Shown here: piece by piece, positions 1-12,382 of the stretch
Layout: each line of letters starts with the position of its first letter
How positions within the stretch are numbered: position 1 is the stretch's first letter
Source of the DNA: the human T2T-CHM13v2.0 reference genome, Homo sapiens
DNA length: 64,000 nt
Strand: one strand, 5' to 3'
NCBI RefSeq assembly: GCF_009914755.1
Contig: NC_060925.1
Notes under the pieces: generated by a model
The model's input: only the letters and a program-made list of their open reading frames with translations
Databases searched by the model: none
Told to the model about the DNA's origin: nothing
Made by a program: the position numbers and the translations under genes

Positions 1-1496
1 TAGACACAAGAGAACCATCCTCCTTGGTTCCCAACTCTATCACTAGGTCTCTGTACTGTCATGAATAACGCTCTTCAAATCCTGTGATTCAGCTATTCTT
101 CCTTATGATAATGAGACTATCACTGAAAAATCTTTGTCTTCTATGAATATGTGAATTACTTAAATTAGGCTATTTTAATTAGCTCATATTCAACTCTAAA
201 TTGAAGGATAGGAAAAAATCTATGCAATTTAATGATACATTCTGACTTCAAAAGATAGTAATATGTAATTCACTTGCAACTTGGGCACCATTTGTAGAAT
301 TGTAATTATTATGCTGAATATGTACATCCTCAACTTGATTTACACAGGAGATTACATGGGTATTTTTTTTGTAAGTGAATTATTCCAACAGATAAACTTT
401 TATGTTGGGAACATGGTGGAAATTGTATTTCTTTTAGATTTTCTGAGAAATCTTCTTTCTTTGAAAATATGTATGATTGTTGCCTGGTCAAGGAAAGTAC
501 AATAAAACCAGATAACATGAGGAAACATAAGAAGTTTAAATGATTGAATTTTAGCCATTAAAATAATCTTATTCGTGATATAAAAATCTTATTATTTCTC
601 ATTTATTTAGCATCTATAATGATTATGTATTTCAGTAAATTTAACCTCTGTCTTTTATTTTTGTTGTGGGTAATTAAAAAGTGAGTCAGCCTTATTTCAG
701 ATGTACTGCCTAAAAATATTTGGATAAACTAGACCACACATTTTTTTAAACGTGTATATAAATGTATATTTATATATGTAACATATATATTTATTTATAT
801 GTTTTCATAGATATGTATGTGTGTATATAAACTTATGTATGTATGTGTGTGTTTGTGTAAATATAGGCATATGTGTGTTTGTGTGTGATGTAGAGAAGTT
901 CACTTACAACCCCTGAATCTCAATTTTGTCATCTATAAAATGTCGGTGGTGATGTCAGTGTGAAGAGCTTGTTATTAGGATTAAATCTAATGGAATTATG
1001 GAAGAAATCCTGACATATTGCAAGTGCCAGTGTGTGGAGATAGTCAATAAAAGTTCATAATGTTATCGTTCCTTTCATGTATGATGCCTCCCGGGTTGAA
1101 GTTTTGCTTTTCCTAATCGCTGTGAAACTATCATCGGAATCTTTTCTCCTTGCTTTTTCATCTTTTGTATGACATCATTAATGCTGATGCCCAGGTATAT
1201 ACATTTTAGAAGAGTTATAAAAATAAAAGCAAGTGGAAGTGTTTTTAAATGGGCTTAAAATATTTACAGCTAATTCTGTGGATAAAAAATTAAGGGGCAC
1301 AAGTAACCTGTTTGGATTTATTTTTACATAAGAAAAAAATGTCCTCTTCACATTACTGAAACAGATGTATAATGGCTGAGACTGCTTCCTCATTAAAGAC
1401 AGGGATCTAATTTTATTTAAATAATGTTATATGGTAGAATTAGAACCCTGAAACATGAATAATCAAAGAGATGCTACACTGGTGTTCAAGAGATAT

Positions 1497-2264
<768 letters not shown>

Positions 2265-2689
2265 ACATGACAATAAATATGAGATCTGATGTGCCGTCTA
2301 TTATTCTGTCCTATGTTACTTTTCCTTTTTTAAAAATTAGGATAATAAGTCTCATGGAAAGTTTATCATAGATTGCCCTATATAAAATACAAATGATAGA
2401 AATGTTTGGAATGTTGTGTTAGTAATTACAAATAGCACCTATTCTACATGCTAATAATTAAATTACTAATACAAATTACATACTATTGCATCAGTCTTAA
2501 TGCTGATCTCATACTGTTTCCAAATGACATATATGAAAATAATTTGTTCTTCTATACTGGCCTTCACAAATTACCAGAGGTCATAAAATAATTGCTCTGT
2601 AGAGGCTCAGAAACTTGTAGGAATTTTCTTAAAATGTATTTGGAATTCCAAATATGGAATAATTTCAGTACATTTAAATGTTTTTAATT

Positions 2690-3757
2690 AGAGTAAATAT
2701 ACTTAAGATAAACTGCACCATTTTAACTCTTTTAAGTGTACAGTTCTGTGGCATTAAGGACATTTATGTTGTTGTGCAACCATCACCACCATGCATCTCC
2801 AGAACAGTTTCATTTTCTCCAACTAAAATTGTGTTCTCCACACAATTATTCTCCTTGTCTCCCTTCCCCGGTCCCCTGGGGTCCAGCATTCCACTTTATG
2901 TCTCTATGAATTTGACTACTCTGGATACTTCATGTAGGAGAATTCATACAATATTTGCCTCTTTGTGGCTTATTTCACTTTGCATAATGTAATCAAAGTT
3001 CATCTATGTTGTAGCATGTGTCACAATTTATTTCATGATTAAAATGAATAATAGTCCATGTATGTACTCACTACATTTTTTATTGATTTCTCTGTGGACG
3101 GACACTTGTTTCTGCCTTTGGGGTATTGTGATAATACTGCTGTGAATGTGGCCATATAAGTATCTTTCTGAGGGTCTTATTTCTTTGGGTCCACATTCAG
3201 AAGTTAAATAGCTGGAGCATATAATAATTCTGTTTAATTTTTGAAGAAATTACTATACAGATGGTCCAGAAATACAATATTTTGATGATTTTTTGACTTT
3301 AATATGCATTTATAGGAACATATAATCCTATTGTAAGTCAAGGAGCATCTGGAATTACAATGGTTTGACTTACAATATTTTAACATTGAGATGACTTTTT
3401 CAGGATAGTAAATGTATATTTTACTTACAATATTTTCAACTCATAATGGGTTTATCAGGATGAAACCCATCATAAATCGAGAAGCCTCTCAATCATTTTC
3501 CACAGAGGCTGTAGAACTTCATTTTGGCACTGACTATACTTTTATGGTTTTAGCTCTTACACTTAGGTCTTTGATTTAGTTTGAATTAATTTTTCTATAT
3601 GGTGTAAAGTAAGCATCCAATTTCATATTTTGAATGTAGTTATCCAGTTTTTCAAACACTGTTTATTGAAAACACCGTCCCTTCCCAACTGAGTAAACTC
3701 AGTTTCGTTTCCAAAAAATATATTGCTGTTTATAGGAGAGTCTATTTCCTGACTCTA
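2690..3757 (-). mobile_element. Ancient L1M 3' region (interrupted by MER47); paralogs ~16400-17470 and ~35045-36490
   Basis: Typical antisense L1M 3' motifs (TTGTGCAACCATCACCAC, GGCTTATTTCACTTTGCATAATG, CATCTATGTTGTAGCATGTGTC). Confidence 0.7.
3258..3490. mobile_element. MER47-like Tigger MITE; paralogs 16972-17199 and 35919-36148
   Basis: TA-CAGATGGTCC start, repeated GACTTACAAT motifs, AAACCCATCATAAATCGAG..GC.TCT end. Confidence 0.65.
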
Positions 3758-3759
3758 TT

Positions 3760-3856
3760 TTCCTCCTCGTCCTCCTCCTCCTTCCTTCCTTCTCCTTCTC
3801 CTTCTCCTTCTTCTTCTTCTTTGTCTTGTTCTGCTTCTTTCTTCTTCTTCTTGTTT
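3760..3856. repeat. (CCT)n/(CTT)n low-complexity microsatellite derived from an Alu tail
   Basis: Pyrimidine triplet run directly abutting the antisense Alu; much shorter in the paralog at ~17475-17505. Confidence 0.85.
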
Positions 3857-4133
3857 GAGACACGGTCTCACTCTGTCACCCAAGTGGGAATGTGGGGCTA
3901 CAATCTTGGCTCACTGCAACCTCGGCCTCCTGGGCTCAAGCAATCCTCCCACCTCAGCCTCCCCAAGTAGCTGGGACTACTGGTGCGAGCCACCACCCCT
4001 GGCTAATTTTTGTATTTTTTGTAGAAACAGGATTTTTCCATTTTGGTTGGTCTCAATGTTCTGAGCTCAAGCAGTCTGCCTGCCTCAGGCTCCCAGAGTG
4101 CTGGGATTACAGGTGTGAACAAACGCACCTGAC
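3855..4133 (-). mobile_element. AluJ; paralog at ~17504-17790
   Basis: GGGCTCAAGCAATCCTCCCACCTCAGCC (J-type); shares an internal deletion with the paralog. Confidence 0.85.
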
Positions 4134-4206
4134 CTCTCCTTTCTTCTATTGGTATACATGTCTGGCTTTATACCAATGCCATACTGTTTTGATTACCATA
4201 GCTTTT

Positions 4207-4496
4207 GGAACTGGAACAAGACAAGGATGCCCACTCTCACCACTCCTCTTCCACATAGTACTGGAAGTCCTAGCCAGAGCAGTCAGACAAGAGAAAGAAA
4301 TAAAGAGCATCCAAATTGGTAATGAGGAAGTAAAACTGTCGCTGTTTGCTGATGCTATGATTGTTTACCTAGAAAACCCTAAAGACTCCTCCAGAAAACT
4401 CCTAGAACTAAAAAAGGAATTCAGCCAAGTTTCATGACACAAAATTAATTTACATAAATCAGCAGTTCTATTCACCAACAGCAGCCAAGCAGAGAT
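4207..4496 (+). mobile_element. L1 ORF2 (RT) fragment; longer paralog at 17864-18422
   Basis: Translates to [13 protein letters not shown]...[19 protein letters not shown]. Confidence 0.85.
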
Positions 4497-4814
4497 TCTA
4501 AGCATTAGGGAAGCAAAGACACAGAATACACATCCTGCTGGCAAGAGCTTGAGCAGAAACATGGAAGCTAAAATGAAATTGGCATATGGATATTCAGATA
4601 TCTATATCTGGGGTCCACAGTAACTGGAGAATTGTGAAACTGAATGAGGAGGCAAAAGAGAATGAACATTTAATGGTGGCAGACATTAAAAACCAAGACT
4701 GTGAGTTACATTTTGTGAAAAGGATACTTAAAATAATAATTCATTCTACATTTTTAGATAGAAGAACCAAATAATGATGTCTGACTTAGAGAAAGTTTGA
4801 CTTGGAATTATTAT

Positions 4815-4971
4815 TTTTTTATATAACTTTCATTTATTTCATTTCATTTTATTATTATTTTATTTTTTATTATACTTTAACTTTTAGGGTACATGTGCAC
4901 AACATGCTTTGCATAATAATTCCAAGTCACATATGTATATATGGGACCAACATGGCACATGTATACATATG
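4815..4971 (-). mobile_element. Very short L1PA 3'-end insertion with inversion and fold-back
   Basis: Poly-T plus TATACTTTAA..TTTTAGGGTACATGTGCAC; 17-bp TSD TGACTTGGAATTATTAT at 4798-4814 and 4972-4988; empty site in the paralog at ~21284-21300. Confidence 0.8.
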
Positions 4972-5450
4972 TGACTTGGAATTATTATGCAAAGACAATT
5001 CAAGAAGGAAATATAAGTTCCTCCAAATAAGTCACAGGCTGCTGCAGCTTTAGAAGTAAGTGTTACACAATAAATGTAGAAAAAAATCATCCAGAAAACA
5101 TAATGCTAATTTATTCCTAATAAGATCCATAATATATGCATTTAACTTTTCCATGCATTTGTTTTAAGCATAACATATGATCTTGATTACATCTGAGTTT
5201 GTGTTGGGCATCAAACATTCCTATCCTTTTGAAGTTGTAAGACAGATGATTTTTCCTATAAATGTATATATTTCTTAGAAAAAATTTTGGTTATAAATAT
5301 TTGTCTCATCAAATATTAATCTCTGGATAGAGAATACGATTTTTTTTCTAATTTGGAAAGATTAGTCATCTAAGAGTTATAAAGTTGTATAAATAATTCA
5401 CAGTCTAACTAAACTAAGGATTTTTAAAAACAATTGGCTTACTATTCTAT

Positions 5451-5948
5451 AAGTAGTCCCCTCTTATCCACTGTTTTGCTTTCCATAGTTTCTCCTGTGA
5501 TCAACTGCAGTCTGAAAATATTGGGTGGAAAATGCCACAAATGAACACTTCATAAATTATCAGTTGGATTTCAGTCATAGCCCAATGTTGCATCATAGTG
5601 CCTACATTGTTCCCTTCACTTTATTTCATCATGTAGACATTTTGTCTTCCCATGAAGCATTTTGTCATCACAAGAAAAATGAGTACAGTACAACGAGGTA
5701 TTTTGAGAAAAAGAAAAAGATAGAAACTGCATTTGCATAACTTTTATTAGAGTATATAGTTATAATTGTTCTATTTTATTTGCAGCTATTTTTGTTAATT
5801 TCTTCCTTGTCTAATTTATAAATTAAAATTTATAATACATATTGATGGATATAAAAAATAGTGTATATAGGGTTCAGTGTCAACTGCAATTTCAGGCATT
5901 CACTGGAGGCCTTGGAATGCAACCCCTGCAGATAATGGGGAACTACTG
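5451..5948. mobile_element. MER44 (Tigger7-type) MITE; paralogs 21771-22266 and partial ~44424-44683
   Basis: TIRs AGTAGTCCCCTCTTATCC ... GATAATGGGGAACTACTG followed by TA. Confidence 0.75.
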
Positions 5949-5950
5949 TA

Positions 5951-5978
5951 CTTGACTTACCCTTGTGTCTCCCTTCAG
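5951..5978 (+). other. Splice acceptor (branch point, polypyrimidine tract, AG) of the OR2L5 coding exon; paralogous sites at ~22269-22296 and ~44686-44713
   Basis: CTTGACTTACCCTTGTGTCTCCCTTCAG|G, with the AG exactly 21 nt before the ATG in all three genes; fits the usual OR layout of non-coding 5' exon(s) plus one coding exon. Confidence 0.75.
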
Positions 5979-5999
5979 GAAGGATCGTATGAATGCCCC

Positions 6000-6938
6000 A
6001 TGGAAAATTACAATCAAACGTCAACTGATTTCATCTTATTGGGGCTGTTCCCACCATCAAAAATTGGCCTTTTCCTCTTCATTCTCTTTGTTCTCATTTT
6101 CCTAATGGCTCTAATTGGAAACCTATCCATGATTCTTCTCATCTTCTTGGACACCCATCTCCACACACCCATGTATTTCCTGCTTAGTCAGCTCTCCCTC
6201 ATTGACCTAAATTACATCTCTACGATTGTTCCTAAGATGGCTTCTGATTTTCTGTATGGAAACAAGTCTATCTCCTTCATTGGGTGTGGGATTCAGAGTT
6301 TCTTCTTCATGACTTTTGCAGGTGCAGAAGCGCTGCTCCTGACATCAATGGCCTATGATCGTTATGTGGCCATTTGCTTTCCTCTCCACTATCCCATCCG
6401 TATGAGCAAAAGAATGTATGTGCTGATGATAACAGGATCTTGGATGATAGGCTCCATCAACTCTTGTGCTCACACAGTATATGCATTCCGTATCCCATAT
6501 TGCAAGTCCAGAGCCATCAATCATTTTTTCTGTGATGTTCCAGCTATGTTGACATTAGCCTGTACAGACACCTGGGTCTATGAGTACACAGTGTTTTTGA
6601 GCAGCACCATCTTTCTTGTGTTTCCCTTCACTGGCATTGCGTGTTCCTATGGCTGGGTTCTCCTTGCTGTCTACCGCATGCACTCTGCAGAAGGGAGGAA
6701 AAAGGCCTATTCGACCTGCAGCACCCACCTCACTGTAGTAACTTTCTACTATGCACCCTTTGCTTATACCTATCTATGTCCAAGATCCCTGCGATCTCTG
6801 ACAGAGGACAAGGTTCTGGCTGTTTTCTACACCATCCTCACCCCAATGCTCAACCCCATCATCTACAGCCTGAGAAACAAGGAGGTGATGGGGGCCCTGA
6901 CACGAGTGATTCAGAATATCTTCTCGGTGAAAATGTAG
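6000..6938 (+). CDS. OR2L5: Olfactory receptor family 2L, 312 aa, intact
   Basis: ATG at 6000 (MENYNQTS, N-glycosylation sequon); OR motifs LHTPMY, MAYDRYVAIC, HFFCD, KAYSTCSTH, PMLNPIIYSLRN; splice acceptor CCCTTCAG 21 nt upstream. Symbol from recognition of the protein and gene order. Confidence 0.92.
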   Translation: MENYNQTSTDFILLGLFPPSKIGLFLFILFVLIFLMALIGNLSMILLIFLDTHLHTPMYFLLSQLSLIDLNYISTIVPKMASDFLYGNKSISFIGCGIQSFFFMTFAGAEALLLTSMAYDRYVAICFPLHYPIRMSKRMYVLMITGSWMIGSINSCAHTVYAFRIPYCKSRAINHFFCDVPAMLTLACTDTWVYEYTVFLSSTIFLVFPFTGIACSYGWVLLAVYRMHSAEGRKKAYSTCSTHLTVVTFYYAPFAYTYLCPRSLRSLTEDKVLAVFYTILTPMLNPIIYSLRNKEVMGALTRVIQNIFSVKM

Positions 6939-7206
6939 ACATACGTTCTGTGTTAGAGTCAAAGCGCTAGGTTCATATCAACTCAGCAGTGTACAGCAGT
7001 GAAGAAAAACATTATTACATGCCCAGTATGTCAAACAGAGATTAATCCAGAATGTTTGTCTTTTAATTTAGTCTTGACATTATAGTTGCATATTCTAAGA
7101 CATCTATTTTGTTTCTGTTTGTGTTTCTTTTTATCAAAAGACAGATCATATATTTTACACTAAATTGTAAGGCCATAGAATTTCATTATCATGTATAAAT
7201 CAAAAC

Positions 7207-7212
7207 AATAAA
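7207..7212 (+). terminator. Candidate polyadenylation signal for OR2L5 (paralog 23721-23726 for OR2L2)
   Basis: AATAAA kept at the equivalent position downstream of both stop codons; AT-rich context weakens the call. Confidence 0.3.
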
Positions 7213-8065
7213 TGTCCAAAGGAATCATATCATTCAGCATAATAGTTATATGTTAATTGTTTCCCATTATTATTAAAATAAGACAAAATAACAAATTATT
7301 TAAGATTACTGAATCTAATTGAATATTAAATAATATTTTATTTACTCTCAACTGGTGTGTATGTGTTCCTCTTTTTGCTAAAGTAATGATTTATTAATAA
7401 ATTTACCTCAGGATAAATAAGTATGTCTGGGGTGAAGCCAATTTGCCTTTAGTAAAACAACAATTTCTTTATAAAAGATTCTATGGAATTTACCTTCTAT
7501 AGAACCTCTTAGACTACAGTTGACTTAGACTTAGTTGAATGTGGAGTAGGTTATTTGAACCATTCCCCAGTCACATCACAACACACACAATGTTTGTCTC
7601 CTGAGTAGCCACGGGTATTCTCATGCAAGACGTTCTCTTCTGAACAATTTTTTTCTACTTACTCTTCAAAATCAGCAAGTCTATACATCTTGGATTGGGA
7701 TCAACTCCTCTGCTCCACTATTTTTATACCTGCTTAGGCCTGTGCCTAGAAGGATCAACATTATTTTTATAAAAGTTGTCAGCTTAGGTCCATTCTCTGA
7801 GTGAAAGGCCATGGCTCTCCACAAGAGCCCATTCCTGAGAAACGCTTTAGTCTCTGAGGAGAGGAGGCAAGAAGGAAGGTAGAATGAACAAGTAAGAGAA
7901 AAGCCCTGCATTATACAACTTTCCATAATGTAACATTTTTCTATAACTATTTTTCTAAAGTTCTTTCTGTTGCTCTCAAATAGAATAATCTTCACTCTGG
8001 AAATATAATTAAAGTGCATAAAAACTATTTATCTGAAGAATAACATCATGTGATCAGAAAATATA

Positions 8066-8270
8066 TTTTTATTTTTATTTGTTATTAATTTTATTTGTTT
8101 ATTTTGTTTATTTTTTATGGGGGTTCTGGCATATGTGAGCAGAACGTGCAGGTTTGTTACACAGGTATACATGTGCCGTTGTGGTTTGCTGCACCAATAA
8201 ACCCGTCATCTAAGTTTTAAGCCCCATATGCTTTAGGTATTTGTCCTAATGCTCTCCCTCCCCTTGCCCA
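8066..8270 (-). mobile_element. Older L1PA (approx. PA13-16) 3' end
   Basis: Poly-T then GCAGAACGTGCAGGTTTGTTAC...TTTTAAGCCCC...TAGGTATTTGTCCTAATGCTCTCCCTCCCC. Confidence 0.75.
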
Positions 8271-8487
8271 AGAATTTGTAATGATAGCCATTAAAATCCC
8301 AATGTAGAAAATTTTATATCTGATTTGAAAAAACACTGTAGGTTTTAATATTATGTGTTTAAAATGCTATTATAGCAATGTAAAATAAAAAAGATGATAG
8401 AGTAAAATGACTGTAAAATTCAAGGAAATATGCATTCAATATTTACAACATTGAACTTATCTTTTCATTGTAAATAATATAAAACTA

Positions 8488-10161
<1,674 letters not shown>

Positions 10162-10298
10162 AAAAATCATTTGGCAAATATAAGTGTGTCTATGTAAAAA
10201 GTAGAATATAAATATGTTTACCTCCACAAATCTAGCATTGTTTTAAAAAGAAAAGCCCTGGATTATTCAAACTACAACAGTGATGAATGCCTGATCTG

Positions 10299-10405
10299 CA
10301 GTTGACCCTTGAACAACGCGGACTTGAACTGTGCAGTCCACTTATGTGTGGATTTCCTTCTGCCTTCACCACTCCTGAGACAGCAAGACCAACCTCTCCT
10401 CCTCT
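10299..10405. mobile_element. Tigger2a/MER28 5' fragment
   Basis: CAGTTGACCCTTGAACAACGCGGACTTGAACTG TIR; complete copy in the paralog at 24454-24889. Confidence 0.75.
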
Positions 10406-10637
10406 TAGAAGGTCATTCAAAGGTCCTGCATGTTGCAGATGTTTTTACATGGAACTTTCCTGGAGAGAATCCCAAGTATGGTTCACGTTGGTTCTCTCAA
10501 GCTGGGAAAAACTGGAAATGATTATGTTGCTATGATTGTAGCCTTCCAGTGAAAGTCCCATTTCTTTCTGTCCTTCAATCCAGACTGGCTTTCAGACACA
10601 AAAAGAAAAATACTGCATGATCTCACTTATATATTGG

Positions 10638-11724
10638 TGTTGCGGGAAGTCAGGACCCCGAATGGAGGGACCGGCTGAAGCCATGGCAGAAGAACATAAA
10701 TTGTGAAGATTTCATGGACATTTATTTGTTCCCCAAATTAATACTTTTATAATTTCTTACCCCTGTCTTTACTGTAATCTCTGAACATAAACGGTGAAGA
10801 TTTCATGGACACTTATCACTTCCCCAATCAATACGCTTGTGATTTCCTATGCCTGTCTTTACTTTAATCTCTTAATCCCATCATCTTCATAAACTGAGGA
10901 GGATGTATGTCACCTCAGGACCCTGTGATGATTGCATTAACTGCACAAATTGTTTGTAGTGCATGTGTGTTTGAACAATATGAAATCTGGGCACCTTGAA
11001 AAAAGAACAGGATAACAGCAATGTTCAGGGAACAAGGGAGATAACCTTAAACTCTGGCTGCCTGTGAGCTGGGTGGAACAGAGCCATATTTCTCTTCTTT
11101 CAAAAGCAAATAGGAGAAATATCGCTGAATTCTTTTTCTCAGCAAGGAACAGCCCTGAGAAAGAGAATGAGTTCCTAGGGGGCGGCCTCTAAAATGGCCA
11201 CTTTGGGGATGGCTGTCTTTTACAGTCATAGATAAGGGACGAAATAAGCCCCAGTCTCCTGTAGTGCTCCCAGGCTTATTAGGACAAGGAAATTCCTGCC
11301 TAATAAATTTTGTTCAGACCGGTTGTCTGCTCTCAAACCCTGTCTCCTGAGAAGATGTTATCAATGACAATGTGTGCCCAAAACTTCATTAGCAATTTTA
11401 ATTTCGCCCCAGTCCTGTGGTCCCGTGATCTCGCCCTGCCTCCATTTGCCTTGTGATATTTTATTACCTTGTGAAGCATGTGATCTCTGTGACCCACACC
11501 CTATTTGTACACTTCCTCCCCTTTTGAAAATCGCTAATAAAAACTTGCTGGTTTTACAGTTCGGGGGCACCACGGAACCTGCCAACATGTGATGTCTCCC
11601 CCGGACACCCAGCTTTAAAATTTCTCTCTTTGTCCTCTGTCCCTTTATTTCTCAGACCAGCGGACACTTAGGGAAAATAGAAAAGGACCCATGTGAAATA
11701 TTGGGGGCTGAATTTCCCCTGATA
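10638..11724 (+). mobile_element. MER11-family solo LTR (HERV-K11/HML-8, probably MER11C)
   Basis: TGTTGCGGGAAGTCAGG start, GCTGAATTTCCCCTGATA end, 6-bp TSD TATTGG (10632-10637, 11725-11730); empty site in the paralog at ~28368. Confidence 0.9.
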
Positions 11725-11789
11725 TATTGGGCCTAAAAATAAACAGAATACAAAGAAACAGAGAGTAGAATGGTGATTACTCAAAGTTA

Positions 11790-12192
11790 ACTTGTCTGAG
11801 AAACTGACTCAGTGCAGGATGCAGCATCTTCATCTCCCTGTCTCATGACTTCACCACTCACGCCTCGACCAATCAGCAATCCCCACACTTTAGCCCATCA
11901 CCCATGCAGACTCCCTAAAAACATGTCCACACCTGTGATCCCAGCACTTTGGGAGGCTGAGGTGGGTGGATCACGAGGTCAGGAGATCAAGACCATCCTG
12001 GCTAACACAGTGAAACCCCGTCTCTACTAAAAATACAAAAAAATTAGCTGGGCGTGGTTGTGGGTGCCTTTAGTCTCAGCTACTCAGGAGGCTGAGGCAG
12101 GAGAATGGCATGAACCCAGGAGGCTGAGCTTGCAGTGAGCCGAGATCACGCCACTGCACTCTAGCCTGAGCGACAGAGCGAGATTCCGTCTC

Positions 12193-12224
<32 letters not shown>

Positions 12225-12382
12225 GTCCAAGTCTCTCCAGAAGGCTGATTTGAGGCTTCCTGTCTCTTCCTCCTTCAGCTGACCTATGATTAACAAACCC
12301 TTTCTCTGCTGCAATTCCTGCTGTTTTGGTGTTTTGGTCTGCTACCACTCCATGGGCAATGGAACCCTGTGGCCCTGTAACA
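11790..12382 (+). mobile_element. ERV1 LTR 3' portion (LTR26/LTR47-like), Alu-interrupted; paralog ~28430-29052
   Basis: GAAACTGACTCAG, CCAATCAGC, CTGATTTGAG, CTTTCTCTGCTGCAA, terminal CCTGTAACA. Confidence 0.55.
11930..12220 (+). mobile_element. AluY, slightly 5'-truncated
   Basis: AluY diagnostics with CpG decay; 28-A tail; TSD AAAAA(T)CATGTCCA. Confidence 0.9.

Noticed and set aside
750-890. TA/TG-rich tract
   Set aside because: Degenerate microsatellite (paralog ~33945-33993); relevant only as the context of the duplication breakpoint.
3892-4437. 181-aa ORF (and 171-aa paralog at 17658-18173)
   Set aside because: Chance read-through of antisense Alu into an L1 ORF2 fragment.
5877-5999. 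41-aa N-terminal extension of OR2L5 in the 353-aa ORF call
   Set aside because: Starts at GTG inside MER44, crosses the splice acceptor, has no in-frame ATG, and no equivalent extension is called for the paralogs.
6641-6970. Overlapping alternative-frame ORF (109 aa; similar at 45376-45603) and antisense ORFs within OR genes
   Set aside because: Shadows of OR codon structure; lengths differ between paralogs; no independent coding signal.
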